From Schizochytrium sp. TIO01 (taxonomy: Eukaryota; Protista; Bigyra: Labyrinthulomycetes), in the NCBI GenBank assembly GCA_004764695.1, contig SMSO01000031.1, forward strand, positions 8,972,761 through 9,036,760: a stretch of DNA of 64,000 nt, given 5' to 3'. Positions 11,509 to 21,379 of the stretch are shown in pieces. Under the pieces are notes generated by a model. It was not told the DNA's origin. It saw only the letters and a list, made by a program, of their open reading frames with translations, and ran no database searches. The translations under genes and the position numbers were made by a program. Within the stretch, counting starts at the first letter, position 1. Every line of letters starts with the position of its first letter.

Positions 11509-12744
11509 TCACATCGGCAAACGTGGAAGCGTATCTCCAGACCTAGCGTGGTCACTTGGAGGCCACAGTCCCATTTTAACAAGAGAGCCCATGACAGTCT
11601 GGCGCCCAGTACTGACCACAATCGCACGCGCATGACCAGAAATAATCTGGCTTCCAGTGTAAAGGATATTGCGAGACTCCAAAAAAGAATCGCGAGGGTT
11701 ACCAAGGGATGCCGAAGCAGGCAAGGTTATTTCAGTCACTTCAAATGCTTGAATGCTAAGATCCTCGCTACAACTCAGTATGCGGCAGTCCGCGGGTACA
11801 ATTTCGTTCTCTTCAATGTAGACAATATCTCCTACTACAAGGGAGGTTGGATCAGTACATATACACCGGCCACTCCGCATGACCTGTGCACTCTCTGGAA
11901 TACAGCGGCGGTATGTTTGCATGATCGGTGTGTTGCGTAGCCAAGGCAGAAAACAACAAAGCCAGGCAGGGCAAGGCCGTGGTGAAGGTACCAAGTTAGG
12001 TCCAATCCTGTCGAACTTATCGCTGGCAACTGCCATGTCCATCCCGCGCTGCACGTCAGTTTGGAAGCGTTCTTCTAGGTCTTCAATTGACGCGTAGTGC
12101 CAATCAACGCCAAAATACGCGCCATCAAGCTGCTTTACCACGTCATCGTTAAGAACTCTTGCGAGAGCCATCTTTCGCGGCTTGTATTCCTGATCCTCCA
12201 TAATGCCTCTCTGTACGGAGCCCTGCACCACTGCCACCGTCTGGTTGGACTTGGTCAGATTGTCTGTAGTTCCGCAGTGCTCATAAAAGCAAAAACAATG
12301 TTTTCTATTGCTTGCAAGCTCTTTATTTTTTCTGTCAAAGTTGAAATCTTCGTCTTTGACGTAGGCCTTCTGAGACTTTGCAAGTGCAGCAGCTTGACCC
12401 GTGAAGATACCGCTACTATCGAGCTTGTTTTGCGTCTTCTGCACGAGCGCAAGACACTCCTCGGTATTCCCTCTATTAAAGTTTTCCTTGAGATTACCAT
12501 CTTGAGTCGCCAATTTTGCGAATGGCATCGAGTTAGTCCTCAAGCTTGAAGAGGGGAACCCTGTAGAGCTCGTCGCGTTACTGGGAACCGTGGCTTTAGA
12601 TCGTGCATTCTGGCGCTTCTTGGCGGTTGTAGCAGACACTTTCTTCTGGAGTACACCACTGACCACAACTGCCTCTGAAAACCCTTCGGTGAGTAAATCG
12701 CTGGGTTTCTGCTCGCTCAAGTTTTGCATTCGGCTTGCGAGCAT
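11509..12744 (-). CDS. Stand-alone P-type ATPase N-terminal + actuator (A) domain protein with no transmembrane, P or N domains
   Basis: 411-aa intact ORF. The C-terminal half has DWH..SIEDL..RFQTD..RG...IGPN.VP.P..P.W (cation ATPase N-terminal motif), then IPESAQVMRSG..LVVGDIV.I...VPADCRIL..ESRNILYTGS....GHARAIVVSTG.QTVMG (A domain), then a stop. Confidence 0.85.
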   Translation of the reverse strand: MLASRMQNLSEQKPSDLLTEGFSEAVVVSGVLQKKVSATTAKKRQNARSKATVPSNATSSTGFPSSSLRTNSMPFAKLATQDGNLKENFNRGNTEECLALVQKTQNKLDSSGIFTGQAAALAKSQKAYVKDEDFNFDRKNKELASNRKHCFCFYEHCGTTDNLTKSNQTVAVVQGSVQRGIMEDQEYKPRKMALARVLNDDVVKQLDGAYFGVDWHYASIEDLEERFQTDVQRGMDMAVASDKFDRIGPNLVPSPRPCPAWLCCFLPWLRNTPIMQTYRRCIPESAQVMRSGRCICTDPTSLVVGDIVYIEENEIVPADCRILSCSEDLSIQAFEVTEITLPASASLGNPRDSFLESRNILYTGSQIISGHARAIVVSTGRQTVMGSLVKMGLWPPSDHARSGDTLPRLPM

Positions 12745-12753
12745 CTTGCTTAC

Positions 12754-12860
12754 CTGCAGGAAGGTTTGTGGGACGAGCTAAAAGGTCCTTTTACTGGTGA
12801 TTGAAGGATGGGTTACTCCTAGTTCATACAATAATAGTACAATCTACGGATCTTACTCAC
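12754..12860 (-). other. Candidate 5'-UTR intron of the actuator-domain gene
   Basis: Minus-strand GTGAGT donor at 12860 and CCTTCCTGCAG acceptor ending at 12754, 9 nt upstream of the ATG. Confidence 0.45.
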
Positions 12861-14916
12861 TGTCACTCCACCAAAAGCAAGCTCTGGGCTAAACTCGCAA
12901 GGTGACGGCGATGCGGAAGAAGATCTGGTCGTGCCCGTTCGTGGAAGCTTTGTATTGATTTGTTTCCAGTTCTTGCTGTTTGACTTAGTATATTTTGACA
13001 AGCTTTACATTTATGATTATCTACGCGAAACTATAATAGTCCCGGTTAGTGACAGTTTCGCTTAGCGGGGTATGCGTTATATCAAAGCCAAATGAGCCTC
13101 GCCCAGAGGCTGCAGGTTCCTGCGAGTATCTAAAGTGCATAGTTGCCCAGGTCACGAGTCTTGGTGTATTCCACTTGACACCAACATTTCGCAGAAAATC
13201 AAAAACACGTGATGATACCTCTCAACTTTCCTCAGCAAGAGCTCAAATCAAACTTTCGCCCTCGCATTTCTCCAATTTCTTTCCCAAAACGAGTTCTCTT
13301 CTTGAAATTCTTTCGCCTTTGCATCCCAAACACTCTCTTCTTCCTCCCATCTCCCCACCTCACTATCTAGTCGCGTCCTTCGCTCCTTTCTACAGCCACT
13401 CTCTTTGCTTGCTTTGCTCTAAACTTCACGCGAAGCCCTTGTTGCAAGCGTAATGAGTGATTGTTTTGGCTTCAAGTTGACGAGCTTATTGCAGCATATC
13501 GCAGCTTATTGCCGCTAAAGCTTCTCATTAAAATAAATCGTCAAAGCTGAGTGCCTCTAACTCCTCTGGAGCCACATAGATATCAGTGGATACTCTATTA
13601 AGGTAATTCTTTCTTTAACTTGCTTAAATTAAAAGCTCAAGTCAAAACAATTAGGCACTTCTACTTCTACCTGCTCATTGTTCGCTGCTCTCTTCGTCCC
13701 ACTTTCCTTCCCCGTATGGTCCTTCAAACCTGTACCGGTACACTCTGCTGTACCACTCTATTTACCCTATAGCACCTCCTAGAGCTAGACTGGTCTCCCA
13801 TCCTCGCTCAGTCCCTGTACCACTATGTAGTACCCCGCACGTCCGCCCGGGCCCCGGAATTCCGGGATATTTGCCTGTAATGCAGAATAAGGCGGCGGCA
13901 GCTGCCACTAGGCCACGGCAGCAACTGCTAACGTTTCGCGTAGGAGGCCCTGCGCTGCTGCTTTGAGGCAGCGGAGCCTTAGCAGAGGTTAGGAGAGCCT
14001 AGGGAGACGAAGTCCGCGGAGCAGACGCCGCAGACTCGAACGACCTCCGCTCGCAAGACTTCTCAGGTACGTGGCGCTCTTCGCAGGCGGGCTGCGGAAA
14101 GCCTGTGGTGGCCAAGGGGACCTCCGCTATCCTCGTTTGCAATGGTGCGGTGCCAGCGCTAAGGGGCGGCAGGGTCCGCTCATGGCCGGATGGCTGGATG
14201 GCTGGGCGCCCTCTCTTTCTGCTCTGTCCTTGTTGCACCTTTAGCTTGCTACTTTTCTCTGGTTTTCTTGTTATCGCTTTTGGTGTTCTCATGGCCACGT
14301 CTGCGGGCGCTAAGGGTCATGCCGTCTATGAACTTTGAGCACGCTGAGGACAACGAGGAAGAGGGATCGGGGCTCGCCTAATTATGCTATACTTTATAAT
14401 AATCATGCTGGTGTGTGTAATAGCAAAAACTGAAAGACTGACGAGAGGATATTGCGTATATTTCTTACCTTGCTTGCTTAATCGCTATGTAATCTTTGTC
14501 TATCAACCTGCATGGACCGGGTGCGTGCGTCTTTGTTACGGTGTTGTCCACTTGCCTGATCTCATGGATATGGTGGTTCACGTGGCTGCTGTTCTGATGG
14601 ATCATTGTACTTTGCAACATTGGTGGGGCTGTGGCTGTTTTCTTTGGGGCTGTATTGGGTTTTAAACACCGCTTCTATGTTCTTCTTCTTCTTGGTTTTG
14701 ACGGAAATGTGCGGATCACCTTCGTATCTTGCGAATTTGTTGGGCATTCTTTGTTCTCTCTGGATGTCATTCAATCTGGGCGATTGTGGACGCTCAATAA
14801 TATGATAACTTTCCCCTTACTACCGCTCGTTGTAACGGCCCGATGCGCTCCCTTCGGTAATCATTCTTTTGTTGGTATACATAGGCACAGCTCGAAGTTC
14901 GCAAACACTTTCCACA

Positions 14917-15228
14917 ATGTCTGCTATTTTCAAGTCCCTCGCGCGCATGTACCAGCGCAACGTGCACTCCGCCCTCGCAAAACATGGCCTTCGTTACGAG
15001 GACATCATCATCGCAGAGAACCCCGACCTCCAGAAGGCCGTCCAGTACTTGCCCAAGGCCGAGAAGGTCGCCCGCCAGCGCCGTATCACTCGTGCTATTG
15101 ACCTGAACTTTAAGCACGAGGAGCTCCCCAAGGAGGTCCAGGCTATCCAGGAGCCCGGTAAGATCTACCTTGCCCCCCTCATGGAGGAGTTCAAGAAGCT
15201 TCGCGTGGAGAAGCAGCTCCTCAAGTAG
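14917..15228 (+). CDS. QCR7: Cytochrome b-c1 complex subunit 7 (UQCRB/QCR7)
   Basis: 103 aa from ATG 14917. Motifs GLRYEDI, A...LP, R.RRI.RA.DL..KH..LP and YLAP. Strong C/G-ending codon bias, as expected for a highly expressed gene. Confidence 0.95.
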   Translation: MSAIFKSLARMYQRNVHSALAKHGLRYEDIIIAENPDLQKAVQYLPKAEKVARQRRITRAIDLNFKHEELPKEVQAIQEPGKIYLAPLMEEFKKLRVEKQLLK

Positions 15229-15723
15229 ATCAACAATTACCCTTACTACCCCTTCGAAAGTACTTTTCTCGATCGACAATAATAATTTGTCCTGTGCCGA
15301 TTTGCCCTTTTTTCTTGTTCCTGTCTTACCCGAACTTACCATATACCTACTGTATTCGCTTCGCAGCTTGTCTGATCATCATTGTTAACTTTAACTTTGC
15401 TTGCAGAATGCATTGAATTCACCTGTGATGAAAACAAAGAAAACTTTTAAAAGCCGGTGTTACCAGCGTTGTAGTTTGCACAGGCATTATATTGCGATAT
15501 TAAATCTTATCGTCTATCTTTCGTCTCCACTTAGATCAGAATTGATGCTAGTATCGACGAATACACCCAAATCTCACTCCCTTGTTCATCACTCTACCCT
15601 TGCGAACAGCAAATATAATTTATAAACATTGTTATCTGTAATAAAGCTTGATGACGAGAGTACTTTACAAAGAGTGTTATAGTCATCACCTTTGTCGTGC
15701 GCCACGAGACAAATAAATTGGGA

Positions 15724-16959
15724 TTAAGGGCTATCATCATCCCCATCCTCGGCTTTCGCAGCGGCACGAAGAAGAGCGTGACGTTCTCGCTCAGCATCGA
15801 TACTTTGTGCGAGGGCATCATGATTTGCTGTTTCGAGAGGCATAGTATCCCCGTAACGGCGCACAATTGATTGTACTCTGCGTTGATTGATGTGCGTAAT
15901 CACCCTATGAGTAGCTCTTAGATGCTTAGGGCGAGAAATAAAGCAGCTTTCGTGCTTGTCTATGTAATGATTAATTCCATACTTGCTGCAACGCGAACCA
16001 GGATAGACTAGTGTGCCATCGTCATCAAAGACAAGTAGATACGAGCCAAAACAATTAAATTCAGTAATCCCTCCTGCCTTAACACGCATATGAAGCAACT
16101 GGCCAAGCTTATCCTCGACAAAGTCTCCTGTTTTCCAGTACCAAGAGCGAAATGGATTAAGTTCACGAACCTGACGCTGAAAACAAAATTGTTTGTAAAA
16201 GTCCACACGACAAATGTGAGTGCTGTCAAACCAAAAAGTAAGAGGGACAACCTTGGCATTAGTACCAGGTATCCGCATTGCATAGTCTCGAACATCAATT
16301 TTGGAACGCTCCACCGACTGCGCAGGAAACTTATAAGTGTTGCTTGTGCCAAGACAAACATAGTTGACAAAGCGAAACGGAAAGGACTCCATTGATTCAA
16401 GTATAGGGCGTAAGAAAAAGGGCTTGAGTGCAAGTCGGTCGTGCTGCACGACCATGACATAAGGTGTCTTCACAAGTTGGATGGCCTCCCGGAGAGCAAG
16501 TGCAAAACCTCTACGACGGTCCATGCGTAATATGAGTGCACCTTCAAGAGGGTGTCCTTGTTTTGCGCTCAATGACTCAAGAGCGCTAACATAGCTCTCA
16601 TACTTTGAAGCTGCCTCATGGGAAACACGACCTATCCTAAACTCATCGTCATTGCCTTTAGTTCGTAAATTGATGCCGTCGCAGACAATAATTTTCTGGC
16701 AGGCCTTCATTTCAGGTTCATGTTCAAGGTATGAGCCAATGACATCCTCTATGAAGAATGTCAGCGGATTTGTCGGGCTTGGGTTCGTCGTCACTACCAA
16801 GGTCAACAACTCGTGCACTGCTGGACGTGCAGTTGAGTTGTGGGTGCCGTTTGCTTCATCAGCAGTGTCTACTTCTGATGAAGCCCATGCTGCTTGTAGC
16901 TCTTCGCTCACATCGATTTCTGGGTCGCCACATGGTTGCTCCAGAGTAGTGGCCGCCAT
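15724..16959 (-). CDS. GT-A fold (GT2-like) glycosyltransferase-like protein
   Basis: Motifs LTLVVTT.PSP, KIIVCDG, GFALALREAIQLVKTPYVMVVQHD (DxD-position QHD), WFDSTH and GDFVED. Likely ATG at 16959; alternative ATG at 17022; the ORF track start is GTG. Confidence 0.7.
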   Translation of the reverse strand: MAATTLEQPCGDPEIDVSEELQAAWASSEVDTADEANGTHNSTARPAVHELLTLVVTTNPSPTNPLTFFIEDVIGSYLEHEPEMKACQKIIVCDGINLRTKGNDDEFRIGRVSHEAASKYESYVSALESLSAKQGHPLEGALILRMDRRRGFALALREAIQLVKTPYVMVVQHDRLALKPFFLRPILESMESFPFRFVNYVCLGTSNTYKFPAQSVERSKIDVRDYAMRIPGTNAKVVPLTFWFDSTHICRVDFYKQFCFQRQVRELNPFRSWYWKTGDFVEDKLGQLLHMRVKAGGITEFNCFGSYLLVFDDDGTLVYPGSRCSKYGINHYIDKHESCFISRPKHLRATHRVITHINQRRVQSIVRRYGDTMPLETANHDALAQSIDAERERHALLRAAAKAEDGDDDSP

Positions 16960-17296
16960 CGCCTTTACAAAGCTTTGTGTTGACGGCACTAATTGCCATC
17001 TACTTTGCCTGTGCCACCACATCTTAGGAGTGGCTGACCACTCATACAATGCATTGCACACCGCATACTTAGAGTAGTACTATGATAGCTATTATCTATG
17101 TTAGTACCTAAGAAAACGTTAGAACTTATATAACCTCTAGATGGTGGTGACTATTCCATATAATACATATTTTGATCTATTACGATTATTTAGGTCTTTG
17201 GTAAGGGGTCGAGGCGAGGTAAGAAAATGGAATGGCCAAGGAACCACCAAGCTCCAAACACTCCAAGTGAAGCAAACTTTCAATCCAAATTATCGA

Positions 17297-17640
17297 AGTA
17301 TCTCAACTAAAAGTTTGGCTTCTCAACAAGTGCCCAAAGGGCACTTCCCTAAAGGCAGTCGCATTTCTGCAAGTGACGACGTTGAACACACCTAGGGCTG
17401 CGGTTTGTTCCGGCCGCCGCTCGCACGCAGCACTGACCTTAGCATTATCCACGCCATAGTGCAATATCCGCCAAGCAAACAGAGAATTCCAAATGCTGGA
17501 TTGATGACCTCCAGTGTGTCTACCCAGACGCCTTCGCCGTCTACAAGAACATTTGTAGAGGAGTTAACTTCAACAGACCGGTTTTTCGCGCCCTACTGGA
17601 CTACTGAGATTCACCGCAAGTTTGCACTTTGGCTCTGTAA
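17297..17640 (+). mobile_element. Decayed IS607-family serine resolvase (TnpA) remnant
   Basis: SISTKSL...PKGSR....DDV resembles the MerR-like HTH. IIHAIV resembles IIYARV, then a frameshift, then SAKQTENSKCWIDDLQCVYPDAFAVYKNICRGVNFNRPVFRALLDY* at 17467-17607, against the consensus S.KQK.DL.RQI..L...YP....I.DIGSG.NF.R.G...LL. Confidence 0.72.
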
Positions 17641-17729
17641 ACACTAATGTGTTATCCTTTTGCCTAAATTTGAAAGGTCAATAAATTAACATGGATCATA
17701 ATCAAGACAACACGAGTGATGTGTTATTC

Positions 17730-18410
17730 GTTAGCTTCCGACAAGCGCTCATTCCAATAAGCCGAGCTTCTTTCCTGCCTGTGATGTAAACTGGTTATTC
17801 GCCGAGGCACCTCAGAGCCCTGCAATGAATGTGGGTACCATCCAAGACAAGCTCGGAACATCCAAGGTTTGCAAATCCTCCCCAAAAATACAAACAAACA
17901 CGTAGCCGATCGTGACATCCACGCCAGCAGAGCCATCCTTTTGCGCTACCTATCTAAGAACATGGACATGATGTAAGAGTTGTCTTTGAGTCATGGGTTA
18001 TTTTTAACCCGCGATTGGGCCTTAGCCCCACTTTGCCTTCATCAGAATGCAAGTTTTGTAAATTTTAAAGGTTCATCTTTAAGTGTTGTTGAAGTGTAAA
18101 GAACTATGTATAGGCATTATGGCACAAGGATGTCTAAAATAGTTGCCCATTTATGCCAAAGCTGTTCCGAATGACCATTTTAATCAAGCCAAGGGAACCA
18201 AGGCTAGGTAGAATAAAATCACTTCTACTGGTAGTAAAGTAGAATTATCTTTGTAGGCCCACCTTTTATTAGTCACCATAGTCGAAATGAGTTCTTCATT
18301 CTGAAAGCAGATGGCCATAATGAGCGTGTTCTTGCAAATTGGGGCTTCGTAGAAATAAGCTTCCAAAGCTACTCATCTACATTAGGTCCAGGAGTGATTT
18401 TGAGCAGCCC
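17730..18410 (-). pseudogene. Decayed RNI-like LRR fragments
   Basis: Minus-strand LQTLDV...ANNQFTSQAGKKLG and LRSPNLQE....GHLLSE, with interspersed stops. Confidence 0.35.
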
Positions 18411-18914
18411 AACTACCTACTATCAGAATCTACATTCTGATTTTTGAAAGGTTTATATATTCTGTTTAGTATGACAAGAGCCCAAGAATGTATTTGCGAG
18501 TCTCTGAAATAGCCACATGGTATAACCTAAGCTCTTGTTCCCTTTTTGTGAAGGAAAGCCAACGAAAACACAGCATAATCAACCTTTGAGAGTTTTGGTT
18601 TTTATTCCTAAGTGTAGTACCTTCTTACCTTACCTTTACGAATGGCCCTCACGCACCCTATAATCACTCTTGGTTCTCTTCTTGTGCCACGCCTGTATTC
18701 ATTATCCCGAACAGATGTGTAGACTACCTACCTATACCTACCTACCTACCCCAACAAGTTTTATAATTAATTTATTGAGCAATAAAGACGAAGAATGTGC
18801 TGAGACGTCTATCACAACTGCTGCACATTTCACCTGGTTCTGTACGAATTACTAAGCCAGAGTCCCTTGTACTTCAGCAATATATGCTCTGGAAAGTGCA
18901 CGATTCTAAGCAGA

Positions 18915-18988
18915 AATGTAATGTAATGTAATGTAATGTAATGTAATGTAATGTAATGTAATGTAATGTAATGTAATGTAATGTAATG
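18915..18988. repeat. (AATGT)n microsatellite, ~15 units
   Basis: Perfect pentanucleotide tandem upstream of the thioesterase gene. Confidence 0.97.
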
Positions 18989-19121
18989 CAATTCCTTTTA
19001 CTATTTGTACCAGATGTAAGCTCGTAGGACTGGATTTCCTCTTTTAATGCCAGAAGCAATTCTTCAACTCAGTTCACATTGTTTTGCTCGGAGTCAGTTT
19101 GAGCGCGATCCGGCACTGATC

Positions 19122-20111
19122 ATGGCTGTCTGGAGAGGTGAAGAGGCAGCTCGACGCGTAGCGTTGACCTTTTGGAAATTTTCCGAGCGGTCGCGTTCAG
19201 GCATGTTTGGATCTCTGTTGGGGCTCTTGCCTGAAGAGCATGGAGGTACCACGCGTTTAGAGTCTTTGGGGCAGAACAAAAGCGTGGTGACGACGGAGAT
19301 TCCAGCTTGGTGTTGCCACGGCGGCAGGCTTCGGCTCGATGCTGCGGTGGCAATGTTTGATGAAATAAGCACGTACACTGGTGTCGTATCATGGGATAGG
19401 ACTTGGCGCCCAGGGGTGAGTATCCAACTTGAGGGACGAGCTCTGCGACCTATTGAAGTTGGTGCGGGCGACCGCATCCGCGTGGAGACGAGGTTACAAA
19501 AAGTAGGACGCACAATCGGGTACCTAGAAATAGAAATCCAAGACGAAGACGGGGACGCGTTGATTGCGGGCAGCCACATTAAATTCATGCCAATGGGGCC
19601 ACTATTCGAGATGGCATTCCATCCCATTTGGCAGAACGTGTCCCAGCGCGTGTGGGACGCATATTTAGACAGACAACCGGTCCATACATTTACGATGCCC
19701 AATTCTATCGAAGAGGTGTTTGCGCTTCAAGAGGTTGCACATGCGGCCCACGTGCCAAAGACGTTTGGCAAGGTAGAATATGCAGGCATGCTTCCAATCG
19801 ATCAACGGCATGGTAATCCTTTAGGTTCTATTCACGGAGGCGCCTCGACAATGCTGGGCTCTCTTGGAGCCATGGAGGCGCTACGCAGGAGACCAGAGAT
19901 GGCTCAATCAACAGTCTCTTCCCCGGTCATGGTCAAGGCAAATTTACTCAAGGGTATTTCGACTGCTAGAAAGCAAACAGCGTTTCTTTGTGCTTCTCTT
20001 CATGCCGATCCTGCACAGGCTGCACTTCCCGGCGCAATACACGCTCGTGCGAGCATTGGAACTCCAAAAGGCCGCTGTATCGAGTGCGAGACAGTGCATC
20101 TTCGAGTTTAG
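19122..20111 (+). CDS. Double hotdog-fold acyl-CoA thioesterase (PaaI/ACOT13-like)
   Basis: Domain 1: AMFDEIS...PGVSIQL...KVGRTIGY.EIEI...IAGSHIKF. Domain 2: HGNPLGSIHGGA. Likely start MAVWRG at 19122; the in-frame ATG at 19047 lies in a possible 5'-UTR intron (GTAAGC at ~19016). Confidence 0.82.
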   Translation: MAVWRGEEAARRVALTFWKFSERSRSGMFGSLLGLLPEEHGGTTRLESLGQNKSVVTTEIPAWCCHGGRLRLDAAVAMFDEISTYTGVVSWDRTWRPGVSIQLEGRALRPIEVGAGDRIRVETRLQKVGRTIGYLEIEIQDEDGDALIAGSHIKFMPMGPLFEMAFHPIWQNVSQRVWDAYLDRQPVHTFTMPNSIEEVFALQEVAHAAHVPKTFGKVEYAGMLPIDQRHGNPLGSIHGGASTMLGSLGAMEALRRRPEMAQSTVSSPVMVKANLLKGISTARKQTAFLCASLHADPAQAALPGAIHARASIGTPKGRCIECETVHLRV

Positions 20112-21379
20112 GATGTATATTTTGGACCACAAATTGGTTTGACATGACATTTTGAAAGGAACTGTGACACGTGCAGTGATTTGGAAAGAGCCTGGTCAGT
20201 CAAAAGCATGGTCCATATAGTTGAAATTTTCGCGGGATTCTTATTTTGTTTTGGATTGAACATGAAATCATGCAGGTACAAATGAAACTTTTACCTGCAT
20301 CTTTTTATAGCGCTTCCAAAGTGGGTGAGTAGTTTTGAAATGCTTTCTCAGACATTTGAAGGTTTTGCTTTAGCGCAACTACCAGTAAGCCTTTCTGCTT
20401 ACACACGCTATGTACTCGTAGCTAAGCAAAGAAAGTTTCCGAAGGGTTTAGTTACCTCCTACCTTTTTACAGGGTTTGCAAGGAGCGAAATGCAAATAAA
20501 AGAGGTAAGGTCACGTAGATTATTATTTCTAAACAGAGAAATGAAGAGAGTCTACAGAAATCCAGTTACTCTGATACAGTTTCTCTTCAGTCGATTGTTT
20601 GACATGATCATGGAGAGGTTAGTTGCTAATTTTAGCGCGCATCTCTTGTTTTAGACTCTAATGATATACTGAACTTATAGAAAGTGAAATTTATATATTT
20701 AAGGTGGAGAAACTAAGGGTTGCCGATAGGACACATAAACATTTTGTACCATCAGGTATTAGAGAAAATGGACAAGCTTTATACGTATCGTAGAAGCATT
20801 CAAAAGGTAAATTTGGTTTACATTAATAAGACGGACTATCGCAAATCTAAAAATGAGACAACCAAGCTTATGTATATGCCTTGGGATGAGAAAATCCTCG
20901 ATTGTAGAAAGAAAATTAAGAAAAGAATTTTTATGCCAGGGTTGGCCTCTATGCCGTAGTTTAGAGCGAACGACAAACTTTTTTTTCGTTTTTTAAATAT
21001 ATATGAATAATTAACATCAAGCAATGGTTGCTAAGATGGGTTGATGCAGCAAAAGCTTTTGCGTGGGCTGATAGCGTTGATGAACCTTCAAAAGTATTAA
21101 GGTATTCATACTGCTCTATTAATTATGAACACCATAAAGCTGCGTTTCCTTTAGATAGACCTCCACTAGCTTCTGAGAGGTGAAGCTTAAATTTTGAGTG
21201 TGTGTGTTAGTGTTAAAACTCAAAACTATCTTCGTGTTTAGTGTCTTCGCCAAGACCTTTCCAGGTCAGCTACCGGGAGTGCTATTGTTCTAAACAGCTG
21301 GACTTTGATTTTCGCGACTTCAAGAATTTATTGATGAAAAATTGAAGGGTTCCTCTTGATCTTATGATTATTTTGTCGA

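Noticed and set aside
10880-11635. 251-aa plus-strand ORF
   Set aside because: Composite of an RCC1 pseudogene fragment, AT-rich spacer and antisense of the actuator gene; it has a non-ATG start.
13049-14805. Several short ORFs between the divergent actuator and QCR7 genes, plus the palindrome CCCGGAATTCCGGG near 13853
   Set aside because: No recognisable domains; most likely promoter or UTR sequence. The palindrome alone is not evidence of vector contamination.
14794-15342. 182-aa minus-strand ORF
   Set aside because: Antisense shadow of the codon-biased QCR7 gene.
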